Below are positions 49,868-58,728 of a stretch of 64,000 bases of DNA, piece after piece. Made by a program: the position numbers and the translations under genes. The notes under the pieces are model-generated. The model made no database searches and was not told where the DNA came from. It was given only the letters and a program-made list of their open reading frames with translations. Each line of letters starts with the position of its first letter. The stretch's first letter is position 1. Origin of the DNA: Candidatus Omnitrophota bacterium (GTDB taxonomy: Bacteria > Omnitrophota > Gorgyraeia > Zapsychrales > JANLHA01); the NCBI GenBank assembly GCA_029560465.1, contig JAKQKX010000073.1, forward strand, positions 15,411 through 79,410, written 5' to 3'.

Positions 49868-49950
49868 TGGGCAAGGTGGGAGTCGAACCCACACGACCTT
49901 GCGGTCACAGGATTTTAAGTCCTGCGTGTATGCCATTCCACCACTTGCCC
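49868..49950 (-). tRNA. tRNA-Leu (anticodon UAA), type II with a long variable arm
   Basis: My manual fold gives acceptor GGGCAAG/CTTGCCC, anticodon stem CAGGA/TCCTG with loop CTTAAAA, variable arm TGACCGCAAGGTCGT, and T-arm GTGGGTTCGACTCCCAC. No CCA is encoded. Confidence 0.85.
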
Positions 49951-50036
49951 AAATTCACGCAATGACGCCCGCCCCAAAAAGCCAATTCCTTAAAACCCAT
50001 CGCAACAACTTTTTCGAAATCCGGATTCCAACGAAT

Positions 50037-50111
50037 TGGAGGCGTGGACCGGACTCGAACCGGTGAATAATGGTTTTGCAGACCACTGCCTTACCACTTG
50101 GCTACCACGCC
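50037..50111 (-). tRNA. tRNA-Cys (anticodon GCA), with the CCA end encoded
   Basis: My manual fold gives acceptor GGCGTGG/CCACGCC, discriminator U73, anticodon stem GTGGT/ACCAT with loop CTGCAAA, and T-arm CCGGTTCGAGTCCGG. Confidence 0.85.
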
Positions 50112-50116
50112 ATAAA

Positions 50117-50671
50117 TCATTTTAAAATAGCGTTAACGGCTTCCACAATGGTCATAACATCGGCCAAATGACCAAGACCAGTTGTTCCACAGGCCAACCG
50201 GCCTTCCGTGGGACCTATAAAATGATATCCTATCTCTTTCAATCGTTTTATATTTGCCTGAGTCACCGGGTGCCCATACATATTCGTATTCATAGCCGGA
50301 GCGATCAGTTTGGGTGCCAAAGAGGCCAAGGCCGTTGAACAAATCAAATCATCCGCCAATCCATTCGCCAGTTTAGCCAAAATGTGTGCTGTGGCCGGAG
50401 CAATCAACACAAGATCGGCCTGCTCTGCCAATCCAATGTGTTCTATTTCCCACGAGTCCGCCGCCCCCTTAAACATCTCCCTGGAAACCCTCTGCCCTGA
50501 AAGCGTTTCCAACGTTAACGGGGAAATAAACGCCTCCGCCTCTTTCGTCATCACAACAGCAACAGAATATCCCGCCTCTTGCAACCGCCGGATAAGGTCA
50601 CACGACTTATACGCCGCAATGCTTCCCGTGACTCCCAAAACAATATTTGATCCAGAACGCCGCACCGCCAT
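50117..50671 (-). CDS. coaC: Phosphopantothenoylcysteine decarboxylase-type flavoprotein (CoaC domain only, no fused CoaB)
   Basis: The HFCD flavoprotein reads IVLGVTGSIAAYKSCDLIRRL...PAMNTNMY. The ORF is 184 aa. Confidence 0.75.
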   Translation of the reverse strand: MAVRRSGSNIVLGVTGSIAAYKSCDLIRRLQEAGYSVAVVMTKEAEAFISPLTLETLSGQRVSREMFKGAADSWEIEHIGLAEQADLVLIAPATAHILAKLANGLADDLICSTALASLAPKLIAPAMNTNMYGHPVTQANIKRLKEIGYHFIGPTEGRLACGTTGLGHLADVMTIVEAVNAILK

Positions 50672-50676
50672 AATAA

Positions 50677-50937
50677 TTAGGCCTCAGCGGGTTCCCCGCC
50701 TGTTTTCTTCCCATGCGTTTGATCTGGCAAAAATCTCTCGGCCACATCTTTCAAAACAACTTTTGCATTCTGAATTTCTTCCAGAGCAATCGTCGTCGTT
50801 TTCATCAAAGACGGCGTTTCAATTAAACGGGGTTTGCCGTCTGCTAATTCAACAGCTCTGTTAGAGGCCATGCGAACCAACTTATAAATACTATAATCTG
50901 TTTTAGGCAATAAATCTTCCAACGGCGGATATCCCAT
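50677..50937 (-). CDS. rpoZ: DNA-directed RNA polymerase subunit omega
   Basis: The sequence reads SIYKLVRMASNRAVELADG and lies in gmk-rpoZ synteny. Confidence 0.85.
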   Translation of the reverse strand: MGYPPLEDLLPKTDYSIYKLVRMASNRAVELADGKPRLIETPSLMKTTTIALEEIQNAKVVLKDVAERFLPDQTHGKKTGGEPAEA

Positions 50938-51028
50938 CTTTAATCCCTCCCAAAACCTTCTCTGTTTTAATATGCTAAGTTATTCCATCATATCATCTTA
51001 TTAAGAAACAGATGAAATGTTACTTATA

Positions 51029-51679
51029 TCACATTCCCACGGCCTTGTCAAAATGATTCTTCGCGCCCCAACGTCCGGTGCGACTCCCCTTTGACACAGA
51101 TCCATCTCTGTCGTTAATTTTACAGCGAATAAACTCTACTAAAAATTGGTACGCGGCACTTAAATCATCATTAATTACAACGAGATCATAAAAACGGGTT
51201 TCTTTCATTTCAACCCGCGCCGCTTTTAATCTCAGGGTCATCTCCTTGGACGACTCGCTTTTCCTGTTTTCTAATCTCTTTTTTAAAATAGCCATCGATG
51301 GTGGCTGAATAAAAATCCGGCACGCTTTTGGAAACTTGCGGGCGACCGTTTTGGCTCCTTTAACATCGATGCATAAAATCACGGATTTCCCACGACGGAG
51401 ATTCAAAAAAAGATTTTTCCGCGGCGTCCCATAATAGGAATGAAAAACGTTTTCCCACTCCAAAAAATGTCCTGCCCGTATTTTATAACGGAACATTTTT
51501 TCGCTGATATAAAAATAATCCTGCCCGTGCCGCTCTCCAGGTCGTGGCCCGCGGGTTGTCGCAGAAACGGATTTAACCAACACCCCCTGCAATTCGCGGC
51601 TCTCCAACAATTTTTTCGTAAGAGTGGTTTTCCCTGATCCTGAGGGCCCGGAGAGGATAAAAAGTATTCCTTGTTTCAT
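51029..51679 (-). CDS. gmk: Guanylate kinase
   Basis: The P-loop is LSGPSGSGKTTL. The region TTRGPRPGERHGQDYFYIS is also present. Confidence 0.9.
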   Translation of the reverse strand: MKQGILFILSGPSGSGKTTLTKKLLESRELQGVLVKSVSATTRGPRPGERHGQDYFYISEKMFRYKIRAGHFLEWENVFHSYYGTPRKNLFLNLRRGKSVILCIDVKGAKTVARKFPKACRIFIQPPSMAILKKRLENRKSESSKEMTLRLKAARVEMKETRFYDLVVINDDLSAAYQFLVEFIRCKINDRDGSVSKGSRTGRWGAKNHFDKAVGM

Positions 51680-51688
51680 TCTGGTCGC

Positions 51689-52543
51689 TTATTCAATATT
51701 TTGTGCCTGCTCCCGCAACCTTTCTATTTTGCTTTTTAAAGCAATAACCGAATTTGAAACAATTTGATCCTGCAGTTTTGATCCTATTGTGTTGGTTTCC
51801 CTCTGCATTTCCTGGGCGATAAAGTCCATTTTCTTCCCAACGGGAACCTGGGCTTTTAACAGCAGCTTGTATTCTTCAACATAATGTTTCAAGCGCGTAA
51901 TTTCCTCATTAATTTCACATCCCTTTTGAAAAGACGGAAATTCTTCCGGGCTTAAAATTTTTTTGTTTTCACGCAAAATTGTTTTCGTCCGAGATTCAAT
52001 ATTGTTGACCTGTGCGCTCATTCTTTTTAAAATATGTGCAATATCCTTTTCTAGGCTTTTCCCCTCACTTCTGCGCATAGACATTAAACTTTTCATTGCT
52101 TTTTGAAGACACATGTTAAGACTACTTGTCCAAAATTTATCAACATCTAAAATAGCCTCTTTCGTTTCCACAACTCCCGGGAGAACAACAAGGCTTGCTA
52201 TTGTTAAAGTATTGTCCAAACTAAAGTCTTTCTGTAACTTTTTGGCTTCTTTAAGATATTCTTGAACAACCCGTTGGTTAAATTGGACATTTTGGGCAGA
52301 TTTTTCAGTAATTTTAACAGACACCGTCACTCGGCCACGAGAAATTTCTTTTTGGACAATATTTTTAATTTTATTCTCTACCGCCCCAAACCCAACAGGC
52401 AGATAACAAACAAAATCCAAATAACGATGATTTTGGCTTTTTATTTCCAAAAAGCCTTTCATTTGTCCAAAAGAAAACGGCACGTTTCCATACCCAGTCA
52501 TACCTACAAGCATATCTTTCCTCTTTCTTGTCGAACTAAACAA
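51689..52543 (-). CDS. yicC: YicC/YloC family stress-induced protein
   Basis: The YicC_N region reads MTGYGN...EIKSQNHRYLD and a DUF1732-like C-terminus follows. The likely start is at about 52513. Confidence 0.8.
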   Translation of the reverse strand: MFSSTRKRKDMLVGMTGYGNVPFSFGQMKGFLEIKSQNHRYLDFVCYLPVGFGAVENKIKNIVQKEISRGRVTVSVKITEKSAQNVQFNQRVVQEYLKEAKKLQKDFSLDNTLTIASLVVLPGVVETKEAILDVDKFWTSSLNMCLQKAMKSLMSMRRSEGKSLEKDIAHILKRMSAQVNNIESRTKTILRENKKILSPEEFPSFQKGCEINEEITRLKHYVEEYKLLLKAQVPVGKKMDFIAQEMQRETNTIGSKLQDQIVSNSVIALKSKIERLREQAQNIE

Positions 52544-52618
52544 AGTTCTCTTCTTTGAAATTGCCCTCTAAACACAAAAAATCCAACAAAATCACGCAAC
52601 TCATTTAATTGCAAACAA

Positions 52619-53497
52619 TTAAGATGCGTTGTTTATATTATTTCTAATTATTTTTAAAATTCTGTCCAAGTCATCTACAGAATAATATTCAATAATTAGT
52701 TTCCCTCGCTTTTTATGCGACTGAATATTAACCTTCGTCCCTAATAATTTCTGCAGCTCCTCTTCTAAATAAACAATCTCGTGGTCTTTGTGCGTATCTT
52801 TTTTGCTTTTCTTAACCGTAGCCGCATTTCTAATTAAAGCTTCTAATTCTCTTACAGAAATTTTTTTATTTAGAACTAAAAGAAATAATTCCTTTTGCAC
52901 CTGAGCATTGTCTACGCCAACAAGCGCCCTAGCATGGCCCATGCTGACTTCCCCGGAAACAACTTTTTCCCGAATGTCATCAGGAAGTTTTAATAAGCGA
53001 ATCATGTTGCTTACAGTAGAAATATCTTTGCTAACGGATTGCGCTACCTGTTCGTATGTCAAATGATGCTCGTCCAACAACTTTTTATACGCAAGTCCTT
53101 CCTCAATAGCATTCAATTCTTCTCTCTGAATATTCTCGATAAGCGCCAAAATCAGGGCTTCGTCATTCGTAACGTTCTTTATAACAACGGGGACGTCCTT
53201 CAGATTCAATGCACGAGCTGCCCGCAACCGCCTCTCTCCTGCAATAACCTCATATCCTCCCCCGTCAACGGGCCTGACTAGCAATGGTTGCAACAAGCCT
53301 TTTTCTTTAATGGAGGACTTTAATTCCTCCATTGTTGTTGTATCATAATTTGTTCTTGGCTGCTGGCTATTGTCCCGGATGACATCCACATTTAAAAAAG
53401 CTATTTCTTCTTTACGTTTCTCCTCATTCCCAGAATATATTTTCTCAGGAATTAGCGCCGACAATCCTTTTCCAAGAACTTTTTTTTCCATAATCAA
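52619..53497 (-). CDS. parB: Chromosome partitioning protein ParB/Spo0J
   Basis: The ParB box reads LLQPLLVRPVDGGGYEVIAGERRLRAA and an HTH follows. Confidence 0.9.
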   Translation of the reverse strand: MIMEKKVLGKGLSALIPEKIYSGNEEKRKEEIAFLNVDVIRDNSQQPRTNYDTTTMEELKSSIKEKGLLQPLLVRPVDGGGYEVIAGERRLRAARALNLKDVPVVIKNVTNDEALILALIENIQREELNAIEEGLAYKKLLDEHHLTYEQVAQSVSKDISTVSNMIRLLKLPDDIREKVVSGEVSMGHARALVGVDNAQVQKELFLLVLNKKISVRELEALIRNAATVKKSKKDTHKDHEIVYLEEELQKLLGTKVNIQSHKKRGKLIIEYYSVDDLDRILKIIRNNINNAS

Positions 53498-53521
53498 AAC
53501 TCCTTAAAAATCGGGAAGCTT

Positions 53522-54598
53522 TTAGAAATCCCGATTATCTTCTAAATAGCTCGACCCTTCTTCCACTTCTTGCTTAATACTTGCCTCCCCTGTCATCCAT
53601 GTCCCCGAGTCGCCTTCTTCTAAATGTAGATCTTCTGTCGTGCTGTCGACTTCGCTAACCGTTGGCCAGGCATCTGCTACTCCATCGCTATTAAAATCGT
53701 TTTTATCAACGATTTTTTTATCTTCATCGGAAACAACATCCAAGCCTTTCTCGCGGTCCTCTGCGAATGTTCCAATTTCCTGCTTAATTATCGCATGCGT
53801 GTTTTCTCTGGGGTCAGCTCCAACCAAATCTGCGTATTTTTCAGGACCAATTAATTCTATCGATAATTCTTTGTACTTTTCCGCCCCTATACAATGCGGA
53901 TCATACAACATAATCGGCTTCCCAAAGCTCGGAGCCTCACTCAACTTAACATTCCTTGGGATAACAGAAGAATAAACTTTATTAGAAAAATAACCATTAA
54001 TCTCATCAATAACCTCATGGGTTAAATTCGTTCTAAAATCCGCCATCGTTAAAACAACACCCTCCACTTCGAGCTTTGGATTTAAATTGTCACGAATCAA
54101 ATTAATCGTATTTAATAATTGTGAAACTCCCTCTAAAGCATAAAATTCACATTGAATGGGAATAAGCACCGAATTACAGGCAACCAAGGCATTCAGGGTT
54201 AACAACCCTAACGACGGAGGTGAATCCACAAAAATATAATCATATTCTTTTTCTACTTTTTCTAAAGCTTTTCTCAACCGTGTTTCTCTGGACAAAATAC
54301 CCACGAGCTCAATTTCTGCGCCAGTAAGATTAATATTGCACGGCATTAAATCTAAACATGGAAAAACATCCTTCACAATGGACTGTTCCGGGTTCGCTTT
54401 TCCCAACAAGACTTCATAGACAGTATTTTCTAAAGCAATTTTGTTAACGCCTACCCCACTTGTCGAGTTTCCTTGAGGATCCATATCAACCAACAAAACT
54501 TTTATACCATAAGAAGCCAAAGCATATGCGAGATTCACGCTAGTCGTTGTTTTTCCGGTACCACCCTTTTGATTACAGACAGATATTATTTTAGCCAT
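53522..54598 (-). CDS. parA: ParA/Soj partition ATPase with a ~100-aa acidic C-terminal extension
   Basis: The deviant Walker A is CNQKGGTGKTTTSVNLA. The ParA core ends near residue 255 and a D/E-rich tail follows. Confidence 0.85.
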   Translation of the reverse strand: MAKIISVCNQKGGTGKTTTSVNLAYALASYGIKVLLVDMDPQGNSTSGVGVNKIALENTVYEVLLGKANPEQSIVKDVFPCLDLMPCNINLTGAEIELVGILSRETRLRKALEKVEKEYDYIFVDSPPSLGLLTLNALVACNSVLIPIQCEFYALEGVSQLLNTINLIRDNLNPKLEVEGVVLTMADFRTNLTHEVIDEINGYFSNKVYSSVIPRNVKLSEAPSFGKPIMLYDPHCIGAEKYKELSIELIGPEKYADLVGADPRENTHAIIKQEIGTFAEDREKGLDVVSDEDKKIVDKNDFNSDGVADAWPTVSEVDSTTEDLHLEEGDSGTWMTGEASIKQEVEEGSSYLEDNRDF

Positions 54599-54656
54599 TT
54601 TTAATTCTCGCTGTTTTCACGTGAAAATTCTATAATATTTTATACCTGAAGCTCCT

Positions 54657-54842
54657 CTATTTTAAAGACACCTTTATTTTGGCCGGCTTAGCACCTTCCA
54701 TTCCAAACAACCCTTTTTGTTCTTCGCAAACAATTTTAATATTAACTTCCTCTCGGCTTACATTTAAAATGTCTAAAGCCTTTTTAATGGCATCCTCTAC
54801 GGTGGCCCCTTCCACATCAATGCTTTTTGAAAAATTATTCAT
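54657..54842 (-). CDS. Jag/KhpB N-terminal-domain-only protein
   Basis: MNNFSKSIDVEGATVEDAIKKALDILNVSREEVNIKIVCEEQKGLFGMEGAKPAKIKV matches the Jag_N domain. No KH or R3H domains follow it. The likely start is the ATG at 54842. Confidence 0.6.
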   Translation of the reverse strand: MNNFSKSIDVEGATVEDAIKKALDILNVSREEVNIKIVCEEQKGLFGMEGAKPAKIKVSLK

Positions 54843-54846
54843 ATTT

Positions 54847-56412
54847 TTAAGTAATTCTCGAAATTTTCCATTGAGTAAAGCTAGACAAAAAATAAAATGT
54901 AGTAAAATACAAAGCCAGTCCGCTGGCAACATTATAAAACACAAAACCTATCATCAAAGGAAAGAAAAACATCATAATTTTCTGACTAGATTCTTGAGCC
55001 GGATCAGAAACGACCATGTTTTTAATAGAAAATTTCTGTTGTACAATCATAATAATTATCATTAAAATTGGTAAAATATTAAAATATTCCCCAACAAAAG
55101 GTAATGCCGTCGGAAAAGCGAAAAGATGGTCGGGCTGAGACAAATCTTTTATCCAAAGGAATTTGGCATTTTTAAACGCAACGGATCTCCATAATACCTG
55201 ATAAACACCTATAAAAAAAGGCATTTGTAGCAACAACGGCAAACATCCACCAAAAGGATTAACCTGATGCTTTTTATATAATTCCATTGTTTCCTTTTGG
55301 AGTTTTTGTGGGTTATTTTTATGCTGTTCCTTTATTTTTAAAATTTCGGGTTGCAATGCCTGAATCTTTTTCATAGATTTCATGCCGCTTATAGATAATG
55401 GATACATCATAAGATAAATAAAAATTGCGGTTAAAATTATGCAAACGCCCCAAGTCGGGATTATTTTATAAAGAAAATGTAAGAATTTATATACTATTTT
55501 AGAAATCTCATTCAAAATTCCAAAATTTGAAAATCTTACAATCTTTTTAAAATCATAAGGATAGGAAGATAAAAGCGTTAGATCTTGTGGTCCAAAAAAC
55601 AAAACAGAATCAAAAGTTGAAAAATCGCTGCTATCAGAAATATTTTCGCCCTTAATTATAAACTCTAATTTATTATTTTGAAATTTTGTATAATATCCTT
55701 TATTTTTATATAATGGTTTATATATAGCGCAAAAATATCGGTCCCGAAAACCAATCCAGGCCACCTCTTCCGTAAAATCAACCTCGTCTTTATTAGATAA
55801 TTTATACGCATTGGCCTTTCGCGCCACCGATTGCGTTGAGGCCACAGAATATTCTAATAAAGCTTTATCCTGTGCTTTAATCACATTTTTGTCCAAACTG
55901 CCAACGTCCAAACTGAATCCTTTAATATTAATATTACTATTATTTTTAATATTAATACTATTTTCTATTAAATAATCATTATTAGATAGTAAATATTTTT
56001 TTATAATTTGACGTCCTTCTTTTTCCAGAGAATATTTGACAAAAGAATCTGTTTTTTCCAAAACCCGATAACAGCTATTACTATAAAAATCTTCCTGATT
56101 AATATCTGTTATTGGCAAAGAAACATTGTACTCTTTAAGCTCAATGTGTTTAATCCGGGCCCCCATGTTGGAAAAAATAACCGTCAATTTGTTATTATCT
56201 AAAATAACTAATTCTTCACACTGCTGGCTCTCGGCAGAAGGGACATCCGGAGCCGAAGACAAGGAACTCGATAAATTATCTTGAGTTTCTTTAGATTTTA
56301 AAGAAAGGTCTTGTCTTTTATTTTGGGAGGGGGTAGAAGAAGGATTAACTAGGGCCCAAAAAAATAATACAAAAAAGGATAAACTTATAGCAAGTAATAG
56401 TCTTTTTTCCAT
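54847..56412 (-). CDS. yidC: Membrane protein insertase YidC
   Basis: The 521-aa ORF has an N-terminal transmembrane helix, a periplasmic domain, and the conserved C-terminal five-helix core (GGCLPLLLQMPFFIGVYQVL). Confidence 0.9.
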   Translation of the reverse strand: MEKRLLLAISLSFFVLFFWALVNPSSTPSQNKRQDLSLKSKETQDNLSSSLSSAPDVPSAESQQCEELVILDNNKLTVIFSNMGARIKHIELKEYNVSLPITDINQEDFYSNSCYRVLEKTDSFVKYSLEKEGRQIIKKYLLSNNDYLIENSINIKNNSNINIKGFSLDVGSLDKNVIKAQDKALLEYSVASTQSVARKANAYKLSNKDEVDFTEEVAWIGFRDRYFCAIYKPLYKNKGYYTKFQNNKLEFIIKGENISDSSDFSTFDSVLFFGPQDLTLLSSYPYDFKKIVRFSNFGILNEISKIVYKFLHFLYKIIPTWGVCIILTAIFIYLMMYPLSISGMKSMKKIQALQPEILKIKEQHKNNPQKLQKETMELYKKHQVNPFGGCLPLLLQMPFFIGVYQVLWRSVAFKNAKFLWIKDLSQPDHLFAFPTALPFVGEYFNILPILMIIIMIVQQKFSIKNMVVSDPAQESSQKIMMFFFPLMIGFVFYNVASGLALYFTTFYFLSSFTQWKISRIT

Positions 56413-56416
56413 AAAA

Positions 56417-56626
56417 TTACCTTACAGGATCGTAGCCGCCTTTAGAAAAAGGTGTACAACGCATTATACGCCATACAGACAGAACCATTCCTCGGAAAAA
56501 TCCATGACGGCGAATGGCTTCAAGGGCATAATTTGAACATGAAGGATAATAACGGCAAGTACTTGGGAAAAAAATACGGCTTACCTTTTGATAAGATTTT
56601 ATCAATACCGATAACAATCTAATCAT
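56417..56626 (-). CDS. yidD: Membrane protein insertion efficiency factor YidD
   Basis: LIKSYQKVSRIFFPSTCRYYPSCSNYALEAIRRHGFFRGMVLSVWRIMRCTPFSKGGYDPV matches YidD. The start is the ATG at 56626. The track ORF extends upstream over the rpmH 3' end. Confidence 0.8.
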   Translation of the reverse strand: MIRLLSVLIKSYQKVSRIFFPSTCRYYPSCSNYALEAIRRHGFFRGMVLSVWRIMRCTPFSKGGYDPVR

Positions 56627-56648
56627 TAGAAAATGCCCTACCGAAAAA

Positions 56649-56786
56649 TTACTTGGAGAGACGAATTCTGCCTTTTGCGCGACGTCGACGGAGAACATCT
56701 TGGCCGTCGGCAGTTGACATCCTTTTTCGAAAGCCGTGAGTTCTTTTTCCTTTTAATATTGTAGGGGTTGTGAGTCCTTTTTTCAT
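56649..56786 (-). CDS. rpmH: 50S ribosomal protein L34
   Basis: I translated this 45-aa ORF by hand (it is not in the ORF track): [45 protein letters not shown]. Confidence 0.8.
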   Translation of the reverse strand: MKKGLTTPTILKGKRTHGFRKRMSTADGQDVLRRRRAKGRIRLSK

Positions 56787-57097
56787 AATTGGACAATTAT
56801 AACATAGGGTTAAGCTTAGTCAAGTTTTTTCATTTTTATTTAGAATAAAAAAGCCGTATTTTAATAGTGTTATAATTTTTTTCTTTGCTTTCTCGAGGAG
56901 AAAAGAATATAATTAAAATTTGATTTTAATAAAGCTGTAAGTTTTTCTCTTGTATTCACCTTCTGCTGAATTAAAAGTTGCATTCACATTTTTGTTTGCT
57001 ATAATATATAAACTTTATGTTTCTTTTTATTCGAAAAATCAACTCCAAATAAGTTTTCGAAGATATCTTCATTCATATTTCAAAGGGCTTCTTTTTA

Positions 57098-57117
57098 AAA
57101 ATCCACAGTTGTGGAAA
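57098..57117. promoter_or_regulatory. Inverted pair of DnaA boxes (AAATCCACA gt TGTGGAAAA)
   Basis: The TCCACA core faces its reverse complement. The right-hand box equals TTTTCCACA, matching TTWTNCACA. Confidence 0.6.
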
Positions 57118-57184
57118 ACCTGTTAATTATTTTTGTTTTTCCAGTTAACTTATTCAAAATTAATCATTTACAAAACGTTTAGCT

Positions 57185-57193
57185 TGTGTAAAA
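57185..57193 (-). promoter_or_regulatory. DnaA box (TTTTACACA on the minus strand) just upstream of dnaA
   Basis: The plus strand reads TGTGTAAAA, 39 nt upstream of the dnaA ATG. Confidence 0.5.
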
Positions 57194-57231
57194 ACATTCT
57201 TTTTCGCAACTAAAAACACCCATCCTCGGCC

Positions 57232-58572
57232 ATGAACCTATTGCTCCTGTGGGAAAAAATTCAGCCCCAAATTCGCGAACAGTTAGGGGCAACAACTTAC
57301 GACACGTGGTTTTCTTCCATTCAAATACAATCTCCCAATTCAGACAATCTTATTATTAACACTCCTGATGAATTTTTCCAAAACTGGTTTATAGAACACT
57401 ACCTTCCAATTATTAAACACCATCTTGGTTCTCTCATAAACCATCAAATTCATTACGAAGTCGCCATAAACCCATTAGAGGTTCCAAACAAGCCGGCAAC
57501 ACAACAAATCATCCACAACGAAAACCTCGCTCCTAAAAAAGAAGACCAGCTACCCATTCATCTCAACCCACGATTTTCTTTTGATAATTTCGTTGTCGGG
57601 CCATCGAACAGGTTTGCTTATTCGGCCTGCATGGCTGTCGCAGAATCCCCGGCGAAGGCGTATAACCCTCTATTTATATATGGTCATGTTGGGCTTGGGA
57701 AAACCCACCTCATGCAGGCGATCACACATCAAATTCAAAAAAACTCTCCAAACAGCACCTGTTGTTATCTTTCTTCTGAACGATTCACAAATGAATTAAT
57801 CGACGCTATCCGGCATCGATCTACCGCTAATTTCAGAAAAAAATACCGGCATATCGATGTTTTACTTATAGATGATATCCACTTCCTGGCAGGCAAAGAG
57901 TCCACGCAGGAAGAATTCTTCCATACATTTAACACGCTTCATAATAATCACAAACAAATCATCATATCTTCTGATCGTCCTCCAAAAGAAATATCCAATT
58001 TAGAAGAACGCTTAAGTTCCCGTTTTGCTTGGGGCTTAATCACTGATATTCAACCGCCGGATTTTGAAACGCGGGTCGCAATATTAAGAAAAAAAGTTGA
58101 AAAAGAGCCCGTTAGGGTTCCTGAAGAAGTAATTACATTTATCGCTGAACAAATTAAAACTAATATTCGAGAGCTAGAGGGTGCGCTCATCAGAGTTTTA
58201 GCTTATTCTTTGCTAGAAGAACATCCCATCACTTTGGATATGACAAAAATTGTCCTCCGAGATATGGTTAAAGAAACGGTTAAAATTATCAGCATCGAAA
58301 TGATTCAAAAAACCGTTGCTGAGTTTTTTAATATCTCTTGTTCTGATTTAAAAGCCAAAAAAAGAACTCAAAATATTTTAAAACCAAGACAAGTTGCAAT
58401 GTATTTATCAAGACGTTTAACGAATCTTTCGCTACCGGAGATAGGAAATTCTTTCGGTGGGAAAGATCACACAACGGTATTGCATTCATTAAGAAAAATA
58501 GAGGAGAATTTAAAGGAAGATTTTCAATTAAAAAATGAAATAGAAAAATTACTAACAACATTAAAACAATAA
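57232..58572 (+). CDS. dnaA: Chromosomal replication initiator protein DnaA
   Basis: The AAA+ Walker A is GHVGLGKTHLMQAI and the Walker B is LLIDDIHFLAGKE. Domain IV carries the DNA-binding HTH. Confidence 0.95.
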   Translation: MNLLLLWEKIQPQIREQLGATTYDTWFSSIQIQSPNSDNLIINTPDEFFQNWFIEHYLPIIKHHLGSLINHQIHYEVAINPLEVPNKPATQQIIHNENLAPKKEDQLPIHLNPRFSFDNFVVGPSNRFAYSACMAVAESPAKAYNPLFIYGHVGLGKTHLMQAITHQIQKNSPNSTCCYLSSERFTNELIDAIRHRSTANFRKKYRHIDVLLIDDIHFLAGKESTQEEFFHTFNTLHNNHKQIIISSDRPPKEISNLEERLSSRFAWGLITDIQPPDFETRVAILRKKVEKEPVRVPEEVITFIAEQIKTNIRELEGALIRVLAYSLLEEHPITLDMTKIVLRDMVKETVKIISIEMIQKTVAEFFNISCSDLKAKKRTQNILKPRQVAMYLSRRLTNLSLPEIGNSFGGKDHTTVLHSLRKIEENLKEDFQLKNEIEKLLTTLKQ

Positions 58573-58651
58573 TCCTCCAAATACACACGGCTTTTCAACA
58601 AAAATTATTTATTTAACTTGTTATATTTCAACGTGTTTTAACCTTATTCAA

Positions 58652-58660
58652 TTTTTCACA
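58652..58660 (+). promoter_or_regulatory. DnaA box (TTTTTCACA) in the dnaA–dnaN spacer
   Basis: The spacer is AT-rich, and the 9-mer matches TTWTNCACA. Confidence 0.45.
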
Positions 58661-58728
58661 AGCTCTACTATTATGACTACGGTCTATTATAAATAATTAA
58701 TCGAATTAGTAGCAAAAGTGGGGATTTT

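Larger units (their letters stand above)
56787..57231. other. Chromosomal replication origin (oriC) region between rpmH and dnaA
   Basis: The spacer is AT-rich (DUE-like at 56821–56940). It contains DnaA boxes, and gene orientation switches across it. Confidence 0.7.

Noticed and set aside
49842-50066. 74-aa plus-strand ORF
   Set aside because: It lies entirely over the tRNA-Leu and tRNA-Cys genes on the opposite strand, so it is an artefact of a stop-free frame.
56417-56698. 93-aa YidD with an N-terminal extension [23 protein letters not shown]
   Set aside because: The extension is an out-of-frame read over the 3' end of rpmH. YidD proper starts at the ATG at 56626.
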